Source: Lama guanicoe (taxonomy: Eukaryota). Taken from it: a stretch of DNA of 64,000 nt. The notes under the pieces are model-generated. The model saw only the letters and a program-made list of their open reading frames with translations, ran no database searches and was not told where the DNA came from. The position numbers and the translations under genes are program-made. This document shows, one piece after another, positions 48,151 to 60,339 of this stretch. Location: assembly GCA_013239625.1 (NCBI GenBank), contig MU053873.1, positions 2,432,524 to 2,496,523 on the forward strand, given 5' to 3'. Each line of letters opens with the position of its first letter. The first letter of the stretch is position 1.

Positions 48151-48849
48151 ACCATAGCTCATCCTTCTAAGATGCTCACCTGCACGTTTCAACATCTCAG
48201 AAATCAGGTGCCTCTCACAACTGATGTGCCATCATTCACCAGGCAGAGGCCATGTGTGTTTTGCTCTCCATCTCATCCCCTATGCCTGCTAGAGGACCTG
48301 GCACATGGACGGCCGGGAGGAAGGGATGGACCAAGCACTGGAACAGGAGTCAGGGATCCTGGGCTGCTCCACTAGCCCCCTGTGTGCCCGTGGAAGGGCC
48401 TATTGTCCCTTCTAAGCCTCAGTCTCTGTGGTGCTAAAATGGGGAGATGGGCTAGGGGATACCTAAAGTCTTTTCTAGCTCAAATTTTGGTGTTACCAAA
48501 ATATAAAATTACCAAGGGATGGGGTCTATCCTGTTCATACCCAATGTGTCATTTCCCCAAACTCTCCCCTGGGAGCCAACTGTCTCCCAGTACCATTGGA
48601 ATCCACAGATACCTCAAACACCATACAGCAAAACTGAACCCAGCATCATCTCCCAAATGCTCCCCTGTCCGCTGCCTTCACCACTGCTTGCCTGGGAGTC
48701 ATATCTGATTCTTCCCCCACATCTTCATCCAGCCAGATACTAGACTTGCCTACCTGAGTTCCCCAATGCCTCTGGATTCTGTTCACTTCTTTCCTCCTCA
48801 CCACTTCTGCCTGGTTCAGGCCACCATCATCTTCCAGATGTCTTGATGC

Positions 48850-49538
48850 AACTCTCGTAACAGAGAACCCAAAGTCAGTGTCTAAAAACAGAGAGAAGTT
48901 AACTTTTCTCTCATCTCTCACTCTTGATAAAAATGGGCTGCCAAAGTGGGCAGGTGTCTCTGCTCCACAAACTCAGGTCCCTTCCATATTGTGGATCTGC
49001 CGTACCGTAGAGCAGGGATCGGCAAATTTCCAGAAGGGGTCAGGGAGTAAATATTTTTGGCTTTGAAAGTCACATCAATCTCAGTCACAACCACTCTACT
49101 CCGTCACTGTAGCAAGAAAACAGTCATAGACAACAGGTAAATGAATATGCATGGCTGTGTCCCAAACTTTATTTACAAAAACAAATGGCCAGACAGTACT
49201 GGTTCACAGGCAGGGTTTGCAAATCCCTGCCCTAGAGTGTGATCCTCATCACTATGGTTGAAGCTATCTCCTCATCATCACAGCTACATTGAAGACAGAG
49301 AAAAGAGAGGAAAATGGAGTAAGCAGCCTCCTTTTAAGGAAGTAGTGTGAAAGTAGCACCCATCCCACCCGCTCATTGGTTAGAACACAGTCACATGGCC
49401 ACACCTAGTTGCAAGGAGGCTGGGAAATGTAGTCTCTAGCTAGGCAGCCCTATGCCCTGTTCAGCTTCAGGATATTCTATCACCAAAAGGAAGAAGAGGA
49501 AATTAGAGAGTAGGGGGCCATTAACAGCCTTGACCACA
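48850..49538 (-). mobile_element. MLT1J/K-like LTR
   Basis: gtaacagagaaccc...tcattggttagaacacagtcacatggccacacctagttgcaaggaggctgggaaatgtagtc. Confidence 0.8.
49013..49229 (+). mobile_element. MER58A DNA transposon
   Basis: TIRs cagggatcggcaaa / tttgcaaatccctg; 8-bp TSD ccgtagag/ccctagag. Confidence 0.92.
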
Positions 49539-50280
49539 GTCTCCAAGCCTACAATTCCAGCCAGCTCTTCCCTTCTCCCTCCAAGCCATCGTTCACCCAT
49601 CATCCGTTCAGAAGGACATTCCTAGAGTGCAAATATGATCATGTTGCTCCTATGCTCAAGATTCTTCCATGGCTCCACAGTGACTTCTAGAATCAAAAAG
49701 TCAGTCAACAAATATCTTCTGGGTTCTTTGGTGTGACAAACAAAGTGCCAGGAAATGAGGCTCTCACAAACTGGTGACAGAATAAAAGAAACATAGTCCC
49801 TGCCCTCAAGGAACTTTTAATGTAATGGGAGCTAAGAACCTGAGCCCTACCTCATGACACAATCTCTGCCACACTCTCACCACCTGCCCAGTCTACACCA
49901 CCTGCAAAAATTCACCATGCCCCGTTGTGCCTCTGAGCCACTGAAAATGTTGCTCACTCCTACATGAAATGTCACTCCCCTACTCCATCTCCTGTCTATC
50001 ACTTGATTAATACTTATGTCTCCGTGAAGAACCAACTGAAGCATCACTTTCTCTTAGAAGCTCCCCTGACCGTTACCTGGGCTGGATCAGGTACCCCTTC
50101 TGGTCCCCCAGAGCTGCCTCTGCTTCCACCATCACATCACTGATCATTGTGGGCTGTAAACTGTCTTTTCCCTAAATAGCCTGCAGGTCCCTCATCACTA
50201 TAGGACTCTGGCTTATTCACTTCATATGCCCAGGGCTTTGCAATGTACCTTGTGAAGAGTCGGGGCTTGAATAAAATTTT

Positions 50281-50362
50281 GGGAGAGAGGAATGGGAAGG
50301 AGAGATAGAGGAAAGAAAGAGGGAGAAAGGAAGGAGGGAAGGAGGAAAGAAAGGGAGGAATT
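50281..50362. repeat. GA-rich low-complexity tract
   Basis: Polypurine run. Confidence 0.8.
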
Positions 50363-50419
50363 AGAATACTCTCTGAGTCCTAAAGCCTTTCACTTACCAT
50401 CCTGCCATAGACCCTGAAT

Positions 50420-50850
50420 CTTGACCATTAGAGAGAAAAGAATTAGTCAAGTTTCTACTGACATTCTTAAATCTGAGAAATGACAAGTTACCGGCAAGTT
50501 TTTTTTCCTCCTTGTTTTTTTTTTTTATGTTTCCTCTTTCAATGCTTTATTTATCTCTGTCTATTTAATGGTGATACAACTCATATCCTCCTTTTTTTCT
50601 TGCCCTTAAACTTCTGAATTTTTAATCAAGCAATGTAAACTTAATTTTTTTTGTCTACCAGCTATGAAAGGTCTTAGACCCTGACAGGAAACTGAGTGAT
50701 GAATTATGCAGGCAGCAAGTGACAATCTGACTTCTGTGATGTGTCGGGTTATAATTGCACAAACTATTGCATCCCCAGATCCAGGAAATGTGCTTTTACA
50801 CTTTCTCAGACATCTTTACAAAAGGGTGACAGTAGATTTCACAAAGAGAG
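50420..50850. promoter_or_regulatory. Candidate enhancer / conserved non-coding element
   Basis: AT-rich, repeat-free; five same-strand TGACA; TGACAG 50682-50687 next to TGATGAAT 50697-50704. Confidence 0.5.
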
Positions 50851-51144
50851 AGAGGCAAGAAAACCGGGCTGTTTTGCCAGAAACAGCATGGACAGCACGG
50901 ACCAGGATGCCCACCTCCTCCTGGTCCTTCAGTGTGCGGACTTGGCTCCCCGCCCATGTTTGGCAGGAGGCACTGGTGTCAGCTCCAGCCGAGAAATAAG
51001 GTCTGGTGCCTTCCCACAATGATGGCCATTTATCAGGCGTGACACTCGGTGACTCAGGGGACTGGAAATAGGATGTGGCATCTCCTAGCTGAGCCTGAGT
51101 CAGAGTCCATCCATAACACGATCCCCCAAGTCACAGGGGATAGA

Positions 51145-51580
51145 ATTCATTTATTCAGTGCTTAATTCCACTGGTATTTATTAAATGCCTATTTTTTGCC
51201 AGTCACTTATTCAGGGATTGGGGAAACCCCAGTGATCAAGACAGACACAGCTCAGCTTTCATGGGGGGTATGTTTTCATGCTGGAGACAGAGAATAGAAT
51301 AAACTGACTAGGTTAATTCCAGCTGGTTTGGTGAACATGGAAGAAACAGCAGAACAACATGGAGTGCCGATGGGAGGTGGGTGGGTGGTATTTTTTAAAT
51401 GGGGTGGACAGGAAGGCTTATCTGTGGAGGTGATGTCTGAGCTGACACTCCACTGAGTGGAGGAAAAAGCAAATTCCAGGGATAGGAAACATCCAGTGCA
51501 AAGGCCCTGAGGTGGAACTGAAAATGGAATGTTTGCTGGATAGAAAGTCTAGCCAGGTGACTAGAACATACTGGATAAGG
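51145..51580 (-). mobile_element. L2 3' portion
   Basis: tatttattaaatgcctatt...caagacagacacag...gtgcaaaggccctgaggtggaa. Confidence 0.85.
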
Positions 51581-51819
51581 GGCTTTTCCTTATAAACTTA
51601 ACCAACACTGAGGTTCAGCATTTAGACACCATGTCTTTTTTTTCAGTTTTTGAAGAAAGAATTTTATGTTGCTTCTTGGGAGCCAGTGAATGCCAAAGGC
51701 AGGACTTCAGAGGTAGGTGATTCATTTAAGTGAATCCTACCACACAGAGATTCCACTGGACTATCAACACCACGAGGATATTGACTTATCAGGGCATAGG
51801 AACTGGCAGTACCCAACAG

Positions 51820-52478
51820 CACAGAGACCTACAGTTTATGACTCACTTCCATACCTACGATTTCAGTAAACCCTCATCCTCTCCCTTTGAGGCAGGCCTC
51901 TTTACTCCCATTTTACCTACAAGAAAACCAAGTTTCAGTGAGATTCAGTGGCACAGCCAAGTTCATGTGGCTAGAAAGAGGTGGTGCTCTAGGACCCAAG
52001 AATCCTGACTCTGTGTTCCCTTCTGCTTTAAGATGCCCAAATCTCTGAGGCTTGTCCTATAATAGAAAAAGCCTCATGTTGGGAAAAAGAACAGTAGGAT
52101 CTGGGTTCCAACTCTGTCCCCTCTTGGGCTGTGTGACCTTGGCCAAGTCCTTTCTCTCTCTGAAGCTCTTTCATCACCTACACTGATAATAATGACTGTC
52201 TTATTACATCAAAGAGATTCGTTGAGACCACGGCCACAAAAAAGCATTAGAATTTCATGGATGAGAGCAAAGTGAGACTTGAGTTCAAGTCGCAACTCTG
52301 TCCCTTACCTGCTGGATGACTTTGGACAAATATTTGAGTCTCACTGCTTCATATGTAAAATGGAAATAATAAATGTAGTTATGCTTATGGAAATAAATGT
52401 AGAGTTACTGCAAAAATCGTGTGAAATCATGCATGTAAGCTACTTGGAAAATAATAAAAGTTCAAGAAATGATATTAA
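51820..52478. mobile_element. Cluster of three MIR SINEs
   Basis: Minus copy ~51820-52030; plus copies ~52060-52240 (gctgtgtgaccttggccaagt) and ~52245-52478 (catatgtaaaatggaaataata). Confidence 0.8.
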
Positions 52479-52613
52479 CATCACCATCATCATCATTATT
52501 GCCCTCATCACCATTACCTCCATCATTGCCATCATCTTCATCATCACCACCATCATCATCTTCATGATCATCACCATCATTGACATCGTCTTCACCATCA
52601 GCACTCATCACTA
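52479..52613. repeat. Degenerate (CAT)n microsatellite
   Basis: catcaccatcatcatcatt... Confidence 0.9.
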
Positions 52614-52744
52614 TTAAGTGCTATCTAAGATATGAAGCACAGTCCAGATGCAAAGAATCATTTGGACTGAGTTTCCTTGCCAACTGCCAACCCTTCTCTC
52701 ACACTCAGTGTAATGTCTAGGGGAAACCTGGCCACGAACCCCTG

Positions 52745-53100
52745 TATCCACTCAATTCTTTATTCAACCAACATTTATTGAGAATCACCTATGCACCAAG
52801 CACTAGGGCAGACAACAGAGAGCCAGCTGTGAATAGAAATGGACATAGACCTTGCCCTCATGGAGCTCACAGGCTGGAGTGAGAACCCAGGAGTAAACAA
52901 TTAAGTCAACAAATCAATACCCTAATTACAGGTTGCTGTGTTATTTAATTACAGAGGGTGATTAATGGCTGGACTGGGAGGAACTTTTCAGAATGTGTAG
53001 TGCCTAGGAGGTGACAGGCACACTGAGTTCTTAAATCAACAAAACATTGGCATGCAGTCAAACGACCTCTCTCGTGGGTAAGGAAAAGGCCTGTATTAAA
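52745..53100 (-). mobile_element. L2 3' portion
   Basis: ttcaaccaacatttattgag...cttgccctcatggagctcacag. Confidence 0.8.
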
Positions 53101-53479
53101 AGCTAGTGACGGTGGCTTTGGCTTTGGAGCCAAATATCCCACATTCACAAAACACAAGTTAGAAGAGCCCCATCTGCCACACTCCAGCTGTGGCGGAGGA
53201 AGAAAGGAGGGGGAAGATATTAAGTGTATCCTTGGTACTGTGTTTGTCCTGCTTCATTTAATGTTCACTAAGAAGTGTTAACCTCATTTAACACAGAAGA
53301 GAACTGAAGTGCCAGGTGGGGAAGTCACCACACCAGGCTCACATAGCAAGGCCAGAGGAGAGAGGACATCAGGTCTGTTGATTCAAGGGTCCCAGATTGT
53401 AACCACCATGCAATTCAGCTTCCCTTTCCAGAAGGTCTTGAGCATTTAGGAGCTGGATGGATTAGGAAGGGAAATCTGT

Positions 53480-54016
53480 ATGATATACATGTGTTCCCTT
53501 CTCCTGAGCTAGAGAGTGGCTTGCAGATCTAGAATGGATGATTCGCCCAGAGAAACCCTGGAGCCAGTGGGAATAAAGTCAGTCCTCTCCAAAGACACAC
53601 CTCCTAAAATACTGTCTGCCCAGGATGGGCATGGAGAAAGCACTTACCAAAGTTCCTGGGGCACTGAGGGCTGTGGGTCTGCCGCTCAAGTGTTATTACC
53701 ACCACCCCCGGACACACACATCATCTGAGGCCACCACCAGCCACCTCCTGCTGGAAGAAAGGGAAGCCCTTGGCCCTCTGTACTGGGCAAGAATGAGCAT
53801 GGTGGACCAGAGCTCTCTGTATGATCAGCTAAGGCCTCAGGAACAGTTGCATGGTGGATCGATGTCTTGTCTCTACCAATCTTTCCTTCCTTCCTTCATA
53901 CCTTCATCCTTTCTTTCCTCCCTTCCAGGTATATCTCCTGAGAGCACTCTTCAATAAATCTTCCACATGCAACTTTCCATCTCTGAATTTGTTTCCTGGG
54001 AGCCCAACCCAAGCAA
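53480..54016 (+). mobile_element. LTR16-family (ERVL) LTR
   Basis: 3' end ctcctgagagcactcttcaataaatcttccacatgcaa...tttgtttcctgggagcccaacc; 5' boundary uncertain. Confidence 0.7.
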
Positions 54017-54319
54017 CCTGCTGAGCTTCAGTTCACTCATCTAAAAATGGCCTAACCAGGATTGGTGCTCAGGCAATGTATCTTGAATGACAACATTTTT
54101 AAACGTCCCTCCTGCATTGTGGTTCATTCTCTTTGGTTTAATGGGGTTGACACGAACATTTCTGTTTGGCCCACATGAACTAAGCCCTGGCTATATGCCA
54201 GGCTCCAAGCTGGAGCCCGGGATACATGATAGTCCAGTTCTCAATCTAACACTCTAGTCCCTCCTGCTGCAGAAAGATTGCCCCTGTTCACTGAGATCTT
54301 ACCGAACTTAATACGATGA

Positions 54320-54690
54320 GCATTTACTGAGCACCTGCTGCAGATCCTGCCCTGTGCTGGAGACTGGAGATATGAAGATGAAGGAAAAACTCCTCCTTAA
54401 GCAGTTTACAGTCCAGGAGAGGAGATGGACAAATGGACAATGACAGCACTGTGTGATGCACGTGGGTCAAGCAAGGGCATATCAGGTAGGAAGCCCAGAT
54501 GTTCTGCTCTAAGGTGCCAGGGTTCAAATCCCACATTTAATACATTCCAGCTTCCTGACTTTAGGGCAGGTTACAAATATTTACTGAGCACCCACAAAAG
54601 GTGAAGCCCTGTGCTAGCACTGGAGATACAACAGTAAGCAAAAATAAGTGACATAAAATGATTTTTCCCGGCCTGGAGCATACAGTCTAA
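54320..54690. mobile_element. L2 3' ends and a MIR fragment
   Basis: catttactgagcacc (twice), gggttcaaatccc. Confidence 0.7.
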
Positions 54691-55449
54691 CGCTTATTGC
54701 TACCTTTTATAACTTGCCCAAGGTGACAGCTCTTGGCAGCACAGCACCCAGGAGGTGTGGGTCTCCTGTCTGCCCACAGACAACAGTGGGCCAGCAGATC
54801 CTTCCTCCAAGGCCCAGCTGTGGGGTCTCCATCCCTAGGCCAGATCCCCTGAATGCCAAGAAGATTCCCCTTCTCACCACCGCTATGCGCAGAATAACTC
54901 GTGACCACAGTTCTCATGTCAGCAGTGGGGCTTCCATGCCACAGCCCTCGTTAGTTTCTAATTAGACCTTGTTCTCCAGTTGCTCCATTTTAACAGAAAT
55001 AAGTGCAGGCATTCTTAGTTTTTCAAAATATGTCTTGACAAGGAGCTACCAAAGAGGAAATCCGAAACCTAGGTGCCTGTGGATACCACAGTGGGATCCA
55101 ATGGGATCGGGAGAGCAGCTGACCAGACTGCTGACAGATGGGCCCAATGCATGAGCATTGGTTTTTTAAATCAAGTGTGACTAATCCCAGCCCCATCAGC
55201 ACGCTGGCCGAGAAGAGCTGCAGAAATGCTGGCTCTGTTACACTTCGTGTGTAATTCATAGGCGCATAAAACTGAAGCCTAATCCAACACTTCCCTCCTG
55301 GTTTTACAGATAGAAACGCTGAGGCCCTTCTGCCTACATCACCCCTCAGCCTGATACATGAATGGAGAATCTGACAAAACAGGCTTCTGATATCCCTAAG
55401 AAGAGTTTCTTTCAGATACGGTGACTCCATGGGAAAGTCCAGAGACATC

Positions 55450-55610
55450 TAGAATCATGGAATGTTGGAGCAGGAAGTAATCAGGACATTATCTTGACCA
55501 ACCCCCATTTTACAGATGAGACAACTGAGGCCCAGAGAAGGGAAGGGAGATTTCCAAGGTCACAGAGCAAAATCAGAGTCTAGAGCCCCTAACTTCAGTC
55601 CAGAGTTCAA
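55450..55610 (-). mobile_element. MIR3/MIR SINE
   Basis: agaatcatggaatgttggagcaggaa...cccattttacagatgagacaactgaggcccagaga. Confidence 0.9.
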
Positions 55611-55749
55611 CCCAACAAACCCCATCCTCTTGTATTAACTTGCAATTCTAACTCCAATGTGCTTCCTAAAAATCAGTTGGAAGTAAGCTTCCCCCTTTAT
55701 TCAAAGGAGAGAAGAGAGTGCCTTCAATGATTCTCACAGAGAATATACT

Positions 55750-55945
55750 GAGTGACAGATGGATAAACACAACATGGCAGAGCTGTACAATGGACTATGG
55801 TTCAGCCACAAAAAGAAGCAAAGCACTGAATGTGCTACCATGTGGATGAACCTTGAAAACATGACACTCAGTGAAAAGCCAGACACAAAAGGTCCCATGT
55901 TGTATGATTCCAATGATGTGAAGTATTCAAAGTAGGTCAATACTG
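55750..55945 (+). mobile_element. L1MB/MC fragment
   Basis: tggatgaaccttgaaaacatgacactcagtgaaaagccagacacaaaagg. Confidence 0.85.
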
Positions 55946-55961
55946 GGGGAAAATTTACCTC

Positions 55962-55964
<3 letters not shown>

Positions 55965-56014
<50 letters not shown>
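55965..56014. repeat. (AC)25 microsatellite
   Basis: Direct observation. Confidence 0.97.
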
Positions 56015-56016
<2 letters not shown>

Positions 56017-56884
56017 TACTGACCCCCTCCTCAGAAGCCCCACGTTTCACTGACATTACCTCAGCGAGTTCTTGTATGATCCTAGTTAACAGGTGAACAG
56101 ACTGAGTCATGAGAGTTTTAGCCACAGGCCCAGGAAGGCTCAACCAGCAAGTGGCAGAGCTGGGATTTGAACCTGTGTCTGACTGCCAACAATCTACTTC
56201 CCTTAGTGCCCGCCTTAAAGACTACACATCCAGAGGCAAACTCTGAAGAGTTGACCGCGATGATTCTCTAACAGAATCTCACATTCACCTCCTCTGGGCA
56301 CAGATGAGGGGTGATTAGTTCCTCCCTGGGAAGTTGGTGCATCTGAGAAAATGAAACATAGGATAACTCTTTAAAAAATAGGGGGCGGGGAGCCAGTAGC
56401 ATTTTGATTGTCAAAGAAGGAGCAGTGTGGAGAGAGCCCTGTTAGATGAGGCCAACATTTCCCAAAGGAGTTAGTTCCTTGTAGCACTTGGCTAAGTGGA
56501 TATCTTCAGAAATCTCTGGATGAAACACAATTCAACAGGTTTTATTATTGAAAGCCTTCTCAGAGCCTTTAATTCCCAATGTGTTCTGTGATTCTCGAAG
56601 AGGCCCCTACATCACAGGCAACATTTCCCAACTTACTAGACCCAAGGTCCCACTCTTCTCATTCCCTGACCAGGAATCCCTGGGGCTTGCGTTAAGTGCT
56701 ACACATCTGGAGAAACCTTGGGCTAATGGCTGCTGTGGTTCCAATGGAAGGAAATAAGGAACTGCAGGCAGGCATTGGTGGGGACAGTCAGAGTGCACAT
56801 AGATTGAAGCTGGCCCTCTGAGCTATAATGACATATTCCCTTTTCCTGACAGAATCATGTTTAAGCTAGTTTGAATTCTCCTTC

Positions 56885-57050
56885 CAGGAAAAGAGGAGAG
56901 GCTGAGTGAGAAAGATGCAAGGAGGAAGAGAGGGAGAGAAAGAGGTAGAGAGAAAGGGGGAGACTGGGAGGGAAGCAAAGGGGAAGGGAAGGGAAGGGAA
57001 AGGAAGGGTGAAGACAAACAGACAAACAGGAGGATGAGAGTGAGAAGAGC
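56885..57050. repeat. GA-rich tract with (GGGAA)n
   Basis: Polypurine run. Confidence 0.8.
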
Positions 57051-57149
57051 CCTCATGGAAGCCCCAAGTTGACTGTGTCCCCTCCGGGCCCAGAATCATC
57101 AATCAGCTGTAGAAAAAGACCCCAAAGGCTACAGCTGCTCTAGAAGAGG

Positions 57150-57575
57150 CAGGCAGCAGCTAAATTAATGAGGTATTACCCAAGATGAAGGAAACAATTA
57201 GGACATTTAGCACCAGAGATAAAGCAAACACTTTTTCCATCAAAAAAATATTAAAGCTAATTCAATTGGAAAAGAGGCAATGGGGAGAGGGCCTTGGAAG
57301 CTCAGGGAGGGGGATGAAGGGCTTGCTGATGAGCATGATGAAGAGATTTATCCAAACTCAAATACCTGTGCAAGGAGGATAGGGGAGGGGCTGTGGGGGC
57401 CTCCCCAGCTGGGCTTGAATAAACAAGTCGATGTCTGCTTTTCCTCTCAATAAGTGAGAGGGTGATGGGCAAACCGCAGTTCCCCCAGTTGGCAGACTTG
57501 AAATGAGTGATCGATAGGGCAATATCACCGAGCTAATTAAATCAGAGCTCCATGGGGCTGATTTCTTTATAGCCC
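57150..57575. promoter_or_regulatory. Candidate enhancer island
   Basis: TAAATTAATG, CAATTAG, GCTAATTCAATT, AGCTAATTAAATCA 57531-57544. Confidence 0.5.
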
Positions 57576-57804
57576 AGGACCAGTGAGAGACTGACCTGCA
57601 GGGCAGGATAGTACTTGAAGGGCCAGACCAATCTCCCACCCCCAGTTCAATAGTTGAGGCTCTTTTACCTCCTACGGGCTCACCTCTTCCCATTCCTCCC
57701 TGTACCACCCAAGGCAGCTCACTCTGCAATTTGGAAACACAAAGAGTAAGTCAGAAATAGCCTTACACTCGGCAGCTCTGGGCATCAGACTTTAAGTTCG
57801 GTGC

Positions 57805-57990
57805 TTTCTTATCTCATTTTGCCTCTAAGACAACACTCTGCAGTGAGTACAATGATTACCACCATTTTACAAATAGACACTGAGAACCAGAGAGGTAAAG
57901 GAATTTGCTCAAGGTCATCCAGCTGGTGAGTATTAGAGTCAGAGTCCAAGTTTTCAGGAATCCCAACCAGGCGGTCTTGACCACTGATTC
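57805..57990 (-). mobile_element. MIR SINE
   Basis: ccattttacaaatagacactgagaaccagagaggtaaagg. Confidence 0.85.
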
Positions 57991-58044
57991 TGAGAAAGTC
58001 CAGCCAAATCAGCCTTCTGGCTGCTTTAACCCACCGGGGCCATA

Positions 58045-58620
58045 CTTTCATTTATTCCTTCATTCTACACATGTTTATAACAAGAGCAGGTGCCAGGCTT
58101 GGCAATGGGAACAAAATGGGGAGAAGGCAGACAGGATTCCTACCCTCAAACTAGAAGGGGAAGATAGAGGGGGAAAGGTAGCCAATTAGTAAACAGATGC
58201 TTACAAAGTGTGGTAGGTGCTGCGTGGAGCAAAAGGGGCAGTGACACAGTGTAAAGGACTCCTGCAGAGATGGAGTAATCAGGGAAGACTTCTCGGAAGA
58301 GCTGGTGATCACAGTGAGGCCCAAAGGATGAGAAGAAGCCAGCCAGGTGGGAAGTAGGGGAGGCATTTGTGAAGACCTTAGGGTGGGAATGACCTCAGAG
58401 CTTACAGGAGCAGAAGGAAGCCTGGAGCTGAGAGATCGAGGTGGGCAGTGGTGGGAGGCTGGGAGGGAGGGGTAGGCAGGATGCTCTCTTGCAGGAACGC
58501 CAGGGTGAGCCTTTGAATGCTTTCCAAAGCCCAATGGGAAGTCCTTGGAGGACTCTAAGCTAGCTAGTGACGAGACTCAATTTGCGGTTTTTCGTGTTTA
58601 CTCACTGCTTTATGGAGGAG
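58045..58620 (-). mobile_element. L2 3' portion
   Basis: ttcatttattccttcatt...aatcagggaagacttctcggaaga...caatgggaagtccttggagg. Confidence 0.75.
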
Positions 58621-59426
58621 GAAACAGACTCAGACATGGCCAGAGATTTTCTCAGAGTAACAATGTAAATTTGTGGCTGCAGCAGCCCAGAGCCCAGCCC
58701 TCCTGATGCCCAGCCCCGAGCTCCTTCATCTGGCAGTGCAGCCTCTCCTGCCAGATGTTAAGTGCTATGGGAACAGCCACCATGTCTTTCTGATTTGCCA
58801 GCACATACCCAGCACTGAGTCCTGGATCTGGTACATGGGAAGCACCTTCTGAGTGTGTGTTGAGTGAATTAATGGCATAATAGGTAAAAAATGGGCTTAA
58901 CACCTATTGAGCACCTATTGTATACAAGGTGCCATGATCATTACAGTGAGACAGAAGAGTGAAAGATCCTTTCTTTATGGGATTCTTCGCTTTTCTCCTG
59001 CCATTTCCTAACTCACGGCCTCCACTCTAGCCACGTCAGCCTCTTCCCTGTCTCTCATGTATGTATCTCATGCACGAACCTCCTTTCCAACTACCTGCCT
59101 TTGGCCTTGCTGTACCCCCACCTGACCTATCCTCCCTAAATATTTGAGCTGCCCAATTACTTCAGTCCTCCATGACCCTCCTCTTCTGTGCTGCTCTGCT
59201 CTCCCTTCACCATTTCTCTGGACTCTCTCTGCACACACCTATCTATGTCTAGTAACATGTAAGCTCATGAAAAGTCCAAGCCACGTTTCCTATTTTCTTG
59301 CAGGACTTAACCTAGGGATGTGGGTGAATACATCCTTGTTCAGCTGACTCCTAGAGGCCTTGGGCAACTCACTTCCATTCTTTGAGACTCTGGTTCCATA
59401 TCTGAAAGATGAGATCAAATTTTATC

Positions 59427-59622
59427 AAAACATGGCAAATCTATGGTATCTACACCACTGCCCCCATTCCCTGAGTCAAAGCAGGCATTAGTAATTGATC
59501 ACTGATTTTCCTTCCACTGTGACCAGATACACATTTAGAATGCTTTCTCAATGCCACATTCCAAGCAGCTGTTATTAAGAAATGCAAAATTTGAGAGCAA
59601 GATGAAATCTATCTGCCACTCT
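59427..59622 (+). mobile_element. MER103-like hAT-Charlie element
   Basis: atggcaaat...gcaggcattagtaattgatcac...agaatgctttctcaa...gatgaaatctatctgcca. Confidence 0.7.
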
Positions 59623-60339
59623 TTAATACAGTAAACTCTAAAGTATTTTCATATGTGACCTTTAGGGATCTCCTATGAGCCTGATGCAGAGAATATGTGA
59701 TTAGGAGACTGAAACATAATTTACAGATTGGGCAAACGTGAGTAAGCCCTAACTTCCATATGCCTCAATTTCCTTTTCTATCAGATGGGGCTTATATCAC
59801 GGCTTTATACCTGTGGTAACAAGGACAATCAGGCTGTAACAAGATTACTTGTCTTGCTACAATTGCATATAAATATAAAGTTATTAGGCTCTAAGTGAGG
59901 AGGCCTGAGAATTTCTCTGAGCAGTACAGGAGCTTAATTCATTAATTTGGAACATTTTTCCCAGCCTGTCCAAGTCTATGTTTGCTTTCCTTGTGGTTCA
60001 TGACTGTGCTGCACTTGCACACAGTTGTCCTATTTAACACTTCTGAGTAAGTGTGGTCTCACTGAACTCACTGTTACCTGCTCCTCCTCTCTCTGAATAA
60101 CACAGTCAACTCTAAGGCGTTCTCTAATGAGTGTGGGTTGGTTCTGTGGCCTTGGCACAAGTAGACTGGATATGAGGACCCCACACCTCCCAAGCCCACC
60201 AGACGGTAAGCCCCTTGAGGGTAGCGGCTCTGTCTCATGCACAGCTGTGTCCCCGGCGCCCAGCACTGGGCCAGGAGCTTCATGGGCTCTCAGTCAAGAG
60301 TTGTTGAAAGAATCGATGGAGGGAGGAAAGGCAGCAACA

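Larger units (their letters stand above)
48570..50280 (+). mobile_element. Long fragmented L2 hosting an MLT1 LTR
   Basis: cacctcaaac-like at ~48610, caggccaccatcatc ~48817, aaatatgatcatgttgctcc ~49631, 3' end ~50270. Confidence 0.65.

Noticed and set aside
52279..52617. 112-aa ORF with poly-Ile, transmembrane-like segment
   Set aside because: MIR sequence plus (CAT)n microsatellite
22093..53650. Several minus-strand GGTAAGT donors (22093, 50391, 53641) suggesting a multi-exon gene
   Set aside because: About four per strand are expected by chance in 64 kb, and I could not assemble a coherent coding exon chain
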